NCBI GenBank assembly: GCA_963749075.1
Contig: CAVVLJ010000020.1
Span: 448,001-512,000 of the forward strand
Length of the DNA stretch: 64,000 nucleotides
DNA from: an uncultured Pseudomonadota bacterium
GTDB taxonomy: Bacteria; Pseudomonadota; Alphaproteobacteria; JACZXZ01
Direction of reading: 5' to 3'
The notes beneath the pieces are model-generated. The model did no database searches. It was given only the letters and a program-made list of their open reading frames with translations, and had not been told where the DNA came from. The position numbers and the translations under genes are program-made. The first letter of the stretch is position 1. Each line of letters begins with the position of its first letter. This document shows positions 45,678 to 55,830 of this stretch, piece after piece.

Positions 45678-45751
45678 GCGGGTGTAGCTCAATGGCAGAG
45701 CAGAAGCTTCCCAAGCTCCAGACGGGGGTTCGATTCCCTTCACCCGCTCCA
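45678..45751 (+). tRNA. tRNA-Gly (CCC)
   Basis: GCGGGTG/CACCCGC acceptor stem, TT-CCC-AA anticodon loop, GGTTCGATTCC T-arm, encoded CCA. Confidence 0.97.
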
Positions 45752-45966
45752 ATCATATCAATGATTTAAAATCCGCATCTCTGGACCCGCGGGCTGCTTT
45801 GGCACAAACTGGCACACAAATTCACGTAACTGACGCCCAGCAAAGAAAGAATCTGAGGCCCGTTCCAACGCTTGGGCTCGGCATCCGACTGTAGCCCAGC
45901 TTGAAAAGCGCCTCACGTTCGAGGTCAGGGTCGCCGAGATCAAGTAAGCGCGATAAGTTACTGCCG

Positions 45967-48459
45967 ATGGGCGAAAAGCATAACAGACCCTCAGTGTCGG
46001 GCGACACAGCCCTGCAGATTCGGACGTTGAAGAGCCGGTTGGTGACACTTGACCAGGAGCGGTCGGTGATCACCGAACGGCTGGGAGAGCTGGAGCGGGC
46101 TCAAGCGAAGGACGGGGCCAAGCAGCCTCTCCTCACTTCCACCCGCGTAACTATGGCCTCGCCAACCTCCGAGAAGATCGCATTTTTTCGGAACCTGTTC
46201 CGTGGACGAGAGGATGTGTTTCCGCGCCGATGGGAAAACCCAAGGACCGGGAAGGCGGGTTACGCGCCCGTGTGCCGGAACGAGTGGGTCCGAGGAGTTT
46301 GCAGAAAGCCGCAGGTCAAGTGCGGAGAATGCTCAAATCAGGCATTCGTCCCTGTCGGGAACGATGTCGTCCGCGCGCATCTCACGGGAAGGGCGGGCGG
46401 AAACCCGGCGGACTTCACCGCCGGCGTCTACCCTATGCTGCCGGACGAGACATGCTGGTTCCTTGCTGCCGATTTCGACAAGAAGTCCTGGATGCAGGAT
46501 GTTGCCGCGTTCCGCGACACGGCGCGGGGAAAAGGCGTCTCCGTCGCAATCGAACGATCGCGCTCCGGCAACGGTGCTCATGCGTGGATTTTCTTTGCTG
46601 AACCGGTGCCGGCGGCTGATGCACGGCGGCTTGGGGCGCTCCTCGTCACGGCGACGATGGATCGCTGTCCCGACATCGGCTTCGATTCGTATGATCGGTT
46701 CTTCCCGAGCCAGGACACAATGCCGGCGGGCGGGTTCGGCAATCTGATCGCGCTGCCGCTTCAGCACCGGCCTCGCGAGAATGGCAACAGCGTCTTTCTC
46801 GATGATGATTTTCGCCCGTACGAAGATCAGTGGGCGTATCTGTCAACGATCGACCGGTTATCGCGGGGCGAGCTGATATCGATCGTGGCCGAAGCGGCCG
46901 CGACGGGGCAGATTATCGGCGTGCGGCTTTCTTCGACCAAAGAGGACGATGAGCCCTGGGCAGCACTACCGTCCCGCCGCAGCAAAGAACCACCGATCAT
47001 GGGCGAGCTTCCCGACTCGGTCGAGGTCGTGCTGGGCAATCAGGTCTATATCGACCGAACGAAGCTCCCGCCGGCTCTCGTGAACCGGATCGCACGGCTG
47101 GCCGCATTCCAAAATCCCGAGTTCTATGCGGCGCAGGCCATGCGTCTGCCGACCTTCGGCAAGCCACGCATCATCTCCTGTGCCGAGCTGTTCTCGAAAC
47201 ATGTCGCCCTCCCAAGGGGATGCCTCGACAATCTGTTGGGCCTTCTCGGCGACGCGGGCGTTGCTGCCGCACTGCGCGACGAGCGCCAGCAAGGGCGGCC
47301 CCTCGGGATGAGGTTTCTCGGCGAGCTGACGCCGGAACAGGATAAGGCTTTCGTGGCCCTTCTCCAGCATGAGACCGGGGTGCTCGCAGCGACCACGGCA
47401 TTTGGTAAGACCGTCATTGCCGCGAAAATGATCGCGGAGCGGGATCGGACCGCACTGGTCCTCGTCCATCGCCGGCAGCTCCTCGATCAGTGGGTAGCGC
47501 GTCTTCAAGCCTTCCTCGACATCCCTCCGAACAAGCTCGGCGTCATCCATGGCGGGAAGAAGAAGCCGAGCGGCAACATCGATATCGCCCTCATGCAGAG
47601 CTTGGTTCGGAAGGGCGTCGTCTCCGATCTGGTCGCCGATTATGGCCAAATTGTCGTTGACGAATGCCATCACCTGTCCGCTGTGGGCTTCGAAGCCATT
47701 GCGCGGCAGGCTAAGGCCCGATATGTGCTCGGCCTGTCTGCGACGGTCACGAGGAAAGACGGCCACCACCCGATCATCTTCATGCAATGCGGTCCGATCC
47801 GTCATCGGGTCGATGCCAAGAAGCAGGCTGCGGCTCGGCCCTTCGACCACAAGGTCGTCTTCCGACGCACGGAGTTCCGGCTTGCACAGAATAATCCGGA
47901 CGAAAAGCCGGCGATCCAGGAGCTTTATGCAAGGCTCACCCAGGACCCGGCGCGGAACGATCTCATCTTCGACAACGTCCTGGCGGCGCTCGAAGCCGGT
48001 CGTTCGCCAGTGGTCATCACCGAACGCAAGGATCATCTCGACGCACTGGCGGGCCGCCTGTCGAAGTTCGCGAAGAACGTCATCGTTCTTCGTGGCGGCA
48101 CGACCGTTCGGCAGTCGCGGGCGGCAACCGAGTCCTTGGCCAAGATCCCGGCTGGCGAGGAACGGGTGCTGGTGGCTACGGGCCGATATCTCGGCGAGGG
48201 CTTCGATGATGCGAGGCTCGACACCCTGTTTCTGACGATGCCGATCTCCTGGCGCGGAATCCTTGCTCAGTATGCGGGCCGGCTGCACCGGTTGCATGCC
48301 GCGAAACGCGATGTTGTCATTTATGACTACATCGATGAAAACGAGCCGATGCTGGCGAAGATGGCGGTCAAGCGGGAGGCCGGATATCGGAGCCTTGGGT
48401 ACCGAGCGGTAGATGGCACGGAACTTGGATTTGCACCGCCACCGCTCAAGGCGGGTTAA
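45967..48459 (+). CDS. AEP primase-like domain (TOTE-type) fused to SF2 helicase (ResIII/DEXH)
   Basis: CRNEW..C.KP.VKC.EC, FLAADFD, ERSRSGNGAHAW, GFGNLIALPLQ; ATTAFGKT, VDECHH, GLSAT, GEGFDD, QYAGRLHR. Confidence 0.88.
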   Translation: MGEKHNRPSVSGDTALQIRTLKSRLVTLDQERSVITERLGELERAQAKDGAKQPLLTSTRVTMASPTSEKIAFFRNLFRGREDVFPRRWENPRTGKAGYAPVCRNEWVRGVCRKPQVKCGECSNQAFVPVGNDVVRAHLTGRAGGNPADFTAGVYPMLPDETCWFLAADFDKKSWMQDVAAFRDTARGKGVSVAIERSRSGNGAHAWIFFAEPVPAADARRLGALLVTATMDRCPDIGFDSYDRFFPSQDTMPAGGFGNLIALPLQHRPRENGNSVFLDDDFRPYEDQWAYLSTIDRLSRGELISIVAEAAATGQIIGVRLSSTKEDDEPWAALPSRRSKEPPIMGELPDSVEVVLGNQVYIDRTKLPPALVNRIARLAAFQNPEFYAAQAMRLPTFGKPRIISCAELFSKHVALPRGCLDNLLGLLGDAGVAAALRDERQQGRPLGMRFLGELTPEQDKAFVALLQHETGVLAATTAFGKTVIAAKMIAERDRTALVLVHRRQLLDQWVARLQAFLDIPPNKLGVIHGGKKKPSGNIDIALMQSLVRKGVVSDLVADYGQIVVDECHHLSAVGFEAIARQAKARYVLGLSATVTRKDGHHPIIFMQCGPIRHRVDAKKQAAARPFDHKVVFRRTEFRLAQNNPDEKPAIQELYARLTQDPARNDLIFDNVLAALEAGRSPVVITERKDHLDALAGRLSKFAKNVIVLRGGTTVRQSRAATESLAKIPAGEERVLVATGRYLGEGFDDARLDTLFLTMPISWRGILAQYAGRLHRLHAAKRDVVIYDYIDENEPMLAKMAVKREAGYRSLGYRAVDGTELGFAPPPLKAG

Positions 48460-48626
48460 CGGGCACAGCCGGAAAGCCATATCCAAAGTCAGGTTTCGCC
48501 ACGAAGAAATCGCGGGATCAAACTGTTCGTGACCTGGGCGCGGCAAACTGGAGTTGGAATCTGGAATCTGAGCGCGGTTTCGAATTAGGCCAATGTCGAG
48601 GGTCAATCGTGGCAACGGTTCCTATC

Positions 48627-48675
48627 TACGCTTTAAGCGTACTTTTCCCTGGACGCGACTACGCCTAAGGCGTAG
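48627..48675. promoter_or_regulatory. Two TACGCYT-W-ARGCGTA palindromes (TA operator pair)
   Basis: Perfect palindromes at 48627-48641 and 48659-48675 directly before the toxin start. Confidence 0.7.
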
Positions 48676-48684
48676 AGTGTCTTC

Positions 48685-48957
48685 GTGATCGTTATCGAAG
48701 TCGATCCGGCCAAGGACGCCATCAACCAGCGCAAGCATGGCATCGCCCTCGCGGCGGCTGCGGTCCCTTTCGAAGGTCTGATCCTCCAGTCCGATGGTCG
48801 TTTCGATTGCCGGGAGGACAGATGGTTGGCGGTGGGTCGGATCGGCGATCAGGTCTTCACCGCCTGTTACACCATGCGCGGCCGAGTGTATCGGATTATC
48901 AGCATGCGCCGCGCGAGCCGAAAGGAGCGTCGAGCCTATGCGCAAGCCAATCCCTAA
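48685..48957 (+). CDS. BrnT-family toxin
   Basis: DPAKDAINQRKHGI, EDRWLAVG, RIISMRRASRKERRAY. Confidence 0.88.
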   Translation: MIVIEVDPAKDAINQRKHGIALAAAAVPFEGLILQSDGRFDCREDRWLAVGRIGDQVFTACYTMRGRVYRIISMRRASRKERRAYAQANP

Positions 48958-49366
48958 GAAGCCAGCCGCCAAGAATTTGCACATGGTAGCACCAACCCGC
49001 AGAACGTTCCGGCGTCCGGGCGTGGAAGAAATCCACCGCGCCGCAGACGAGGCCGTCAAAGTCGCGGTACGGCAGACGGACGAAGAGGTGATGCGCGCGA
49101 TCAAGGATGATGCCGACACCTTCGAGGCGGATCCCGCGCGGCTCGTCGCCATACGACCGCAAGACGTCGACGTGGCGCGCATCCGCTCGGGTCTCTGTCT
49201 AACGCAGGCCGCCTTCGCGGCAGCGACCGGCGTGCCGCATCGCCTCATTTCGGATTGGGAGCAAGGCCGCAAGAAGCCGTCCGCGGCGGCGCGGGCGTTC
49301 CTCCTCCTCGTGGACGAATTCGGCGAGAAGGCGCTGAAACGGCTGGCGCAACGGACCACCGCGTGA
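48938..49366 (+). CDS. XRE/HigA-like HTH antitoxin
   Basis: DVARIRSGLCLTQAAFA..ISDWEQGRKKPSAAARAFL; overlaps the toxin. Confidence 0.85.
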   Translation: MRKPIPKKPAAKNLHMVAPTRRTFRRPGVEEIHRAADEAVKVAVRQTDEEVMRAIKDDADTFEADPARLVAIRPQDVDVARIRSGLCLTQAAFAAATGVPHRLISDWEQGRKKPSAAARAFLLLVDEFGEKALKRLAQRTTA

Positions 49367-49444
49367 CGGCTCTTACGTGGTTTTTTGAGGACTTGGCATC
49401 GCTCGCACGGCTTGGCGGCGAGACGGACGGAGGAGGCACGCCGT

Positions 49445-49807
49445 ATGGACGGGGAGATCTCCTGGCGCGTGGAGCTTGCGCTCAAGCCGGCCCAGCTCGC
49501 GAGCTTTCGCGCGCTCACGGGCGAGATGGTGGCGTTCACGCGAAGCGAGCCCGGCGTCTTGAGCTACCAGAGATTCCTCGGCGGCGACGGCAAGTCCGTC
49601 CATGTCTACGAGCGCTACGCCAGTTCGTCCGCCGCCGCGGCGCACCTGCGCAATTTCGCCGAACTCTTCGGCGCGCGTTTCTCCGCCGTGGCGGAGCGCA
49701 CGCGATTCACCGTCTACGGGCAGCCGAGCGATGAGCTGAGAGGACTGCTGGACGGCTTCGGTGCCACCTATATGAAGCCTCTTGGCGATTTCGCCTATTG
49801 GGCATAG
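49445..49807 (+). CDS. Antibiotic-biosynthesis-monooxygenase (ABM) family protein
   Basis: EPGVLSYQ, VYERYASSSAAAAHL. Confidence 0.8.
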   Translation: MDGEISWRVELALKPAQLASFRALTGEMVAFTRSEPGVLSYQRFLGGDGKSVHVYERYASSSAAAAHLRNFAELFGARFSAVAERTRFTVYGQPSDELRGLLDGFGATYMKPLGDFAYWA

Positions 49808-49822
49808 ACGCGCCGGCGCAGG

Positions 49823-51652
49823 TCACGAATGCACCTTCCGGTGGTGCCTGGGGTGCAGATCGAGCTTGGGCAGTTCGTCCGGCAGCAATGTCTCCTTCTC
49901 GAGCAGGTCCTTTGCCCCCTCGTTCAATTGCGTGCGATAGGTCTTGAGGATGTGCATCGCGGTGTTCCCGGCCTCATCCACGAGGGCACGGACGGCGCAG
50001 TCGATTTCCCGGGCGGTCTGCTCGCTATAGTCGCGGGAGATCGAGGCGGGATTGCCGAGAAACGTATCGCGCTGGGTCTCGTAGGCCATCTGGCCGAGCT
50101 CGTCGGACATGCCGTAGCGCGTGATCATGTTGCGGGCGATGTGCGTCGCCTTTTCCAGATCGTCCGAAGCGCCCGTGGAGATCTCGTCGAAGACGAGAGC
50201 TTCGGCCGAACGGCCGCCGAGAAGCACGGCCATCTTGCCCTTGAGCTCGGCGCGGGTCATGAGAAAGCGGTCGTCCATCGGGCGCTGCATCGTGTAGCCG
50301 AGGGCGCCGATGCCGCGCGGCACGATCGATATCTTCTGCACCGGATCCGCCCCCGGGGTGGCCATGGCGACCAGGGCATGGCCCATCTCGTGGTAGGCAA
50401 CGACCTCCCGCTCCTTGGGGATGAGCAGCCGGCTCTTCCGTTCCAGGCCGCCGACGATGCGCTCGATGGCAACCGTGAAGTCGGCCATCGCGACGGATGG
50501 CGCGTTGCGCTTTGTCGCCTGAAGGGCCGCCTCGTTGACCAGATTTGCCAGGTCGGCGCCGGAGAACCCGGGCGTCAAGGCGGCGATCTGCGCCGGATCG
50601 ACGTCCGTTGCGGCTTGCACTTGCTTGAGATGGATCTTGAGAATGGCGACGCGGCCGATCTTGTCCGGCCGGTCGACCAGCACCTGGCGGTCGAAACGGC
50701 CGGCCCGCAGCAGCGCAGGGTCGAGAACCTCGGGCCTGTTCGTCGCCGCCAGCAGCACGATCCCCGTTTGCGGGTCGAACCCGTCCAGCTCCATGAGGAG
50801 CTGGTTCAGCGTTTGCTCTTTTTCGTCGTGCCCGCCGGCCATCGGACCGACGCCGCGCGCCCTCCCCAAGGCGTCGAGCTCGTCGATGAAGATGATGCAG
50901 GGCGCCACCTTGCGAGCCTGCTCGAAGAGGTCGCGGACGCGCGCCGCGCCGACGCCGACGAACATCTCGACGAATTCCGATCCGCTGATGGAAAAGAAAG
51001 GCACGCCCGCCTCACCGGCAACCGCGCGGGCGAGCAGCGTCTTTCCCGTGCCCGGCGGGCCGACGAGCAAGACACCTTTCGGCATGCGCGCGCCGAGCCG
51101 CGCGTGAAGCTTCGGCTCCTTGAGGAAATTGACGGTCTCCATGAGCTCGTCCCGCGCCTCGTCGACGCCCGCCACGTCCGCGAAGGTGACCTTGGTATCT
51201 TTCTCGACGAAGATCTTCGCCTTGCTTTTGCCGATCGACATCAAGCCGCCCAGGCCCTGCTGTCCGCCGAAGCGGCGAATGACGAACATCCAAATCGCGA
51301 AGAAAACGACGGCGGGCAGCACCCACGACAGGAGGTCGGCGATGAAATGATTCTCGACGACGCCGGTAATCTTCACTTTGTACTTTTCGAGCATATCCGC
51401 GATGTCCGGCGCCACCAGCACCGTCGAATAATATTGCCGGCCGTCGGGAAGCGGTTTGACCAGCTTGCCGTCGAGATAATTCTGTCGCACGTTGACGGCC
51501 TCGATCTTGCCGTCCTTGAGGAACTGCTCGAACTCGCTCCAGGATATCGTCTCGACTTTCTGATGCGTGCCCCACCAGCTCTGGAACAGGGTGATGGCGA
51601 GGAACGCGGCGATCGCGTACCACAAATTGAAATGCATCTTCTTCTTGTCCAT
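49823..51652 (-). CDS. ftsH: ATP-dependent zinc metalloprotease FtsH (probably an accessory paralogue)
   Basis: Two [43 protein letters not shown]. Confidence 0.96.
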   Translation of the reverse strand: MDKKKMHFNLWYAIAAFLAITLFQSWWGTHQKVETISWSEFEQFLKDGKIEAVNVRQNYLDGKLVKPLPDGRQYYSTVLVAPDIADMLEKYKVKITGVVENHFIADLLSWVLPAVVFFAIWMFVIRRFGGQQGLGGLMSIGKSKAKIFVEKDTKVTFADVAGVDEARDELMETVNFLKEPKLHARLGARMPKGVLLVGPPGTGKTLLARAVAGEAGVPFFSISGSEFVEMFVGVGAARVRDLFEQARKVAPCIIFIDELDALGRARGVGPMAGGHDEKEQTLNQLLMELDGFDPQTGIVLLAATNRPEVLDPALLRAGRFDRQVLVDRPDKIGRVAILKIHLKQVQAATDVDPAQIAALTPGFSGADLANLVNEAALQATKRNAPSVAMADFTVAIERIVGGLERKSRLLIPKEREVVAYHEMGHALVAMATPGADPVQKISIVPRGIGALGYTMQRPMDDRFLMTRAELKGKMAVLLGGRSAEALVFDEISTGASDDLEKATHIARNMITRYGMSDELGQMAYETQRDTFLGNPASISRDYSEQTAREIDCAVRALVDEAGNTAMHILKTYRTQLNEGAKDLLEKETLLPDELPKLDLHPRHHRKVHS

Positions 51653-52175
51653 CGCTTCCCTCCGGGGTCTGCGCGTACGGCGTGAACTATTGACGAACGT
51701 GGTCACTCACGCCGCGTGAAAATCCGCTCTCTCCGAAGCCCGGTGATGAGATTGCATGCCGCGGCACCCCTCGACTATAGCACCTATGACGGCGAGCGCG
51801 GCGGGGCCATTTTTCGCCCTGCGAAAGTGCGGCGCTTACGCTCGGTTCCCCAATGCGGGCGGCGTCCGCCCCGCGCCACGAGCCCATCCTGCGCGTCGAG
51901 AGCTTGAGCGTGAGCGCGGCGACGCGGCGTCACGTCGAATACGCCCATGGCCGGCTGCGCGGCGACCGGGCTTCGCCGATCCGGCACTCGACCCCCGGCG
52001 CATTGTCCGCGCCGTCCTCGCAGCCGTGTCGCGCCCCGGCAGCGGGGCCGAAATTTGCATAGGGTCCCCGCGCAAAGGACATTAGAATGGCGCCGTAACC
52101 GCAAGGGGGGAAAGCTCCGTGCCGCCCGGGGCGTGGGGAGCCATGCTCGAGTGCCGCGGGCGGAGGAGTCTCGAG

Positions 52176-54466
52176 ATGGCACAAGGCGACAGGGATCCGG
52201 GATCCGACGGCGCTCCGACGGGCGAGGGTGGCACCCCGCTCGCCGAGACGCCGGCCGCGAGTGCCGCGCGCGACGAGGACGGCCACACCATCGTGCCGGC
52301 CGGCATGGTGCTCGGCTTCACCTACCGCATCGAGAAGCTGCTCGCCCGCGGCGGCATGGGCGAGGTCTACCGCGCGATCCACCTCGACCTGCGCACCGAG
52401 CACGCCATCAAGGTCATCCGCCCCGAGCTCGCCAACGACGCCAAGGTCGCCGAGCTCTTCAAGCGCGAGGCGACGACCCTGCGCGCGATCAGGAACGACG
52501 CCATCGTCGCCTATGACGGCATCTTCCGCGACGAGAACGGCCGGCTCTATCTCGTCATGGAATATGTCGACGGGCCGTCGCTCTCCGAGGTGCTCAAGGC
52601 GCGGCCGCTCTCCCTGGACGAGCTCTATCGGCTGCGGGAGCGCCTCGCCAAGGGCCTCGCGGCCGCGCACGCGAAGGGCATCGTCCATCGCGATCTCTCG
52701 CCCGACAACGTGATCCTGCCCGGGGGCGAGCTGGACAAGGCGAAGATCATCGATTTCGGCATTGCCAAGCTGTCCGACCCGCTGGCGGGCACCATCGTGG
52801 GCGACGACTTCGCGGGCCGCTACCTCTTCGCGTCGCCCGAGCAGTTCGGCATGTTCGGCGCCCGCGTGGACGCGCGCTCCGACATCTACAGCCTGGGGCT
52901 GGTGCTCGCCGCGGCGGCGGCGGGCAAGCCGCTGGCCATGGGCTCGACGCCGATGTTGGCCATCGATTCGCGCCGCGCGGTGCCCGATCTCAGCCCCGTG
53001 CCCGAGGCCTTCCGCGCCGAGCTCGCCCGCATGCTCGAGCCGGACCCGGAGCGCCGCATGCGCTCCCTCGATGAGCTCACGGCGCCCGAGCCCCCAGCCG
53101 GGGCCGCCGAGGGGTCGACCGTCGTGCTCGGCGGGAGCTCGCGCGCGAGCGCGCCGCGGCACCGCCGCAATCGCGCGGCAGCACAGCACCGCCGCGGAGC
53201 CGCTCCGAGCTCGTCGTCAAGATCCTGGCGGCGGCCTTCGGCCTCGCCGTGCTCGCCGGCGGGGTCATCATCTACGTGACGATCTCCAGTACGAGCCCGA
53301 TCAAGGTCCCATCGCCGTCGCCCACTCCCAGCGCCGCCGCGACGGAAGCCGCGGCACCCCCGCCGAGCCCCAAGCCTGCGCCGAGCAGCGCCGCCGCAAG
53401 CCCCGTGTCTACGGGCGCCAGCCCTGCGCCGAGCCCGCAAGCGCCGGCGCCAACTCCGGCGCCGTCGAGTGCCGGCAACTCGACCCCTGCCGCAGCGCCG
53501 CCGCATCCGGCGCCGTCCGGCGTCGCCGCCGCGAGCCCGACCCCGCCGGCACCGAGCGCGACCCCGCCGGCGAGCCCCGCGCTTGGGGCCGGCGTTCCTC
53601 CGGCGAGCCCCGGCCCGCCGCACCCGAGCCCCTCCGCGGCTTCGTCCAGCGCGCCGTCGCCCTCGCCGAGCCCGGCACCTCAGCAGAGCCCAGCACCTCC
53701 GCCGAGCCCCGTAGCGTCGCCGCCCCCCCCGCAACCGCCGGCTGCCGAGCAGACCGCGGCACTGTCTCCGCCGAAGCTCGATCTCCCGCAGCTCGAGGCC
53801 AATGCCCGGCGCGTCGCCTCGCGGCTCGATTGCGCGAGCGTGAAGACGGTGGCCGCGGAGAACGGCGCGCTCAGCGTTTCCGGCTTCGTCGCGAGCGAGG
53901 CCGACAAGAGCGATCTTGCCGCCAAGCTTTCGGCCCTATCGGGGGTGTCGAGCGTGACCGCGGACCTCGTGATCGTACCGCGGCCGTTCTGCGAGGTCCG
54001 CGCGATGCTCGATGAGCTTGCCCTCGTGGGCGGCGCCGGCATCGGCGCACCGGTTCTGCAGCTCAACCACGCCGATCTCGCGTACCGCGCGGGCGACAAG
54101 TTCGTCGTCAAGGTGAAGGCCTCCGACCGCTTCGCCGGCTATCTCTACCTGGATTTCATCGACAGCGAGGGCAGCGTCGTCCATCTCTTGTGGACCCCGA
54201 GCCTGCTCGGGAGCCGCGTGCTGGCCGGCCAGGAGCTCACCGCGGGCGCCAGGGGCGAGCTCGTGGCATCGCCGCCGTTCGGCGAGAATCTGCTGATCGC
54301 CATCTCCTCGCGGCGGCCGCTTTTCAGCGCGCTGCGGCCCGAGGTCGAGCGGGGCGCCGTCTATTTCCCGGCCCTCCGGCAGGCCCTCGCTTCCGCCGCA
54401 CCGGGCGGCGAGGAGGGGCTCCCGCTCGCGAGCTTTGTCTCCGTCGCGGTCAATCCGGCGAATTGA
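52176..54466 (+). CDS. Membrane Ser/Thr kinase with Pro/Ser-rich linker and DUF4384-like C-terminus (T6SS PpkA-like), frameshift near 53150
   Basis: GGMGEVY, AIK, HRDLSPDN, DFG, ASPEQ; the other frame supplies TM ILAAAFGLAVLAGGVIIYV and GYLYLDFIDSEGSVVHL..SPPFGE. Confidence 0.85.
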
Positions 54467-54616
54467 GGGGGGCTCCGCCGCCGCCGCGATTTCGCCATGA
54501 CTCGCCATGGCGAGGGTGTTATATTGCCAGGACATAAAAATGCTGTCCCAAAGGACGTTCGTAGCGATGGTGGGCTTGGGCACCGCCCACTGCGTAGCAT
54601 TGAGGAGATCCAGCCA

Positions 54617-55180
54617 ATGAAAGGCCACTTGATCGGCTGTCTCGTGGCTGCCGGAGTGCTGGCCGCCCAGCCCATCATCAGCGCCGCCGCCGCGGTCAAG
54701 CAGCTCGGCGGCAGCGCCACGTCCGACGACATCATCCAGGCTCTCACGCCGCCGGCCGGCGGCGGCATCCGCACGCGCGGGCTCACCGTGGTGCCTCCCG
54801 CGGCCCCGAGCGCCAGCGCGCCGGCAAAGGCGGAGGCCCCGGCCGTTGCCATCGCCATCCGCTTCGAGCTCAACTCGGCGGCCCTGACCGATGACGCGAA
54901 GGCGGTGATCAAGAAGATCGGCGAAGCCATGATGGCGCCCCAGCTCGCCCATTACCGCTTCCTCCTCGAGGGCCATACCGACACGACCGGGACGCCGGAT
55001 TACAACATGGCGCTCTCCGAGGAGCGCGCCCAGGCGGTGCGCGATTATCTGGTCAAGACCTTCGGCGTGCCGCAGGAGCGCCTCGATGCCGTCGGCCGCG
55101 GCGAGAAGATGCTGCTCGATCCGGCCAATCCGACGAGTGCCGTCAACCGGCGCGTGCAGATCGTCAATCTCGGTGGCTAG
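54617..55180 (+). CDS. OmpA-family peptidoglycan-binding protein
   Basis: Signal peptide, FELNSA, EGHTD, NMALSEERA, NRRVQI. Confidence 0.92.
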   Translation: MKGHLIGCLVAAGVLAAQPIISAAAAVKQLGGSATSDDIIQALTPPAGGGIRTRGLTVVPPAAPSASAPAKAEAPAVAIAIRFELNSAALTDDAKAVIKKIGEAMMAPQLAHYRFLLEGHTDTTGTPDYNMALSEERAQAVRDYLVKTFGVPQERLDAVGRGEKMLLDPANPTSAVNRRVQIVNLGG

Positions 55181-55194
55181 CGCCGGACCTGCCC

Positions 55195-55662
55195 TTGCGC
55201 CCGGTGCCTGAGGTGGCCGGCAAGCCGTTGCGCGCGGAGGGCCGGCTGAGGAGTGGGGTTCTGGCCGGACTGGTGCTGCTGGCGGCTCCGGCCGCCGCGG
55301 CGGAGCTCAGCTGCCCCCTGGCGGTCGGCCCCGGCACGCCGCTGCCCGGCGGTTTCGCGCTCATCGGCAGCGCGCCGCGCGCGGAGCGGCCCTTGAGCAG
55401 TGCGAGCATCGTCAACGGCCCGCCGGGCGAGGAGCAGGCGACGGCGCCGGCCACCCTCGCTCCCGACGACGAGAGCAAGCGCGAGGGCCGCATCGTGCAG
55501 CTCTGGCGGCTCGCGGATTATCGCAAGGAGGGCCTTCTCCTGGTGTGCCGCTACCGCGGGACCGCGGCCTATCTCCGCGCGGCGATCCCGGACAGCCTCG
55601 CGACCTGCAGCATGACGCTGCCGCCCTCGGGAGCGCCGCCGTTCGAGGCCGCGTGCCGCTGA
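55195..55662 (+). CDS. Secreted 4-Cys protein (STY0301-like)
   Basis: Signal peptide, CP, NGPP, LAPD, LVCRY, terminal CR; start uncertain. Confidence 0.6.
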   Translation: MRPVPEVAGKPLRAEGRLRSGVLAGLVLLAAPAAAAELSCPLAVGPGTPLPGGFALIGSAPRAERPLSSASIVNGPPGEEQATAPATLAPDDESKREGRIVQLWRLADYRKEGLLLVCRYRGTAAYLRAAIPDSLATCSMTLPPSGAPPFEAACR

Positions 55663-55678
55663 GCTGCCCCCCGAGGTA

Positions 55679-55734
55679 CCCATGCCAAGTCCCCATGCCA
55701 AGTCTGTCCCCATGCCAAGTCCCCATGCCAAGTC
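55679..55734. repeat. Four copies of CCCATGCCAAGTC arranged as two dimers (30-bp period)
   Basis: Read directly; sits before the AT-rich region upstream of tssA. Confidence 0.92.
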
Positions 55735-55830
55735 TTGACCCAAGCCGCAGGCGACAGCTATAATTCAATTGGGATCAAATAATTACGTGCCTTTGCTGCG
55801 ACGCGGTGAACGAAAGCGGGAGATCGGTGC

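Larger units (their letters stand above)
45752..51700. mobile_element. Probable tRNA-anchored genomic islet remnant (no integrase seen)
   Basis: Abrupt fall in GC and more A/T-ending codons after the tRNA; cargo of helicase, TA pair, ABM, FtsH; right boundary uncertain. Confidence 0.55.

Noticed and set aside
45516-45752. 78-aa minus-strand ORF MERVKGIEPPS
   Set aside because: Antisense translation of tRNA-Gly
45800-45816. sigma54 promoter TGGCAC...GC after the tRNA
   Set aside because: GG-to-GC spacing is 9 rather than 10; better read as short direct repeats at an islet edge
45967-48459. Type III restriction-modification system
   Set aside because: No methyltransferase gene or recognisable nuclease domain; only the helicase resembles Res
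55679-55734. Possible CRISPR array or iteron origin
   Set aside because: 13-bp units with 0-4 bp gaps; no cas or rep gene nearby
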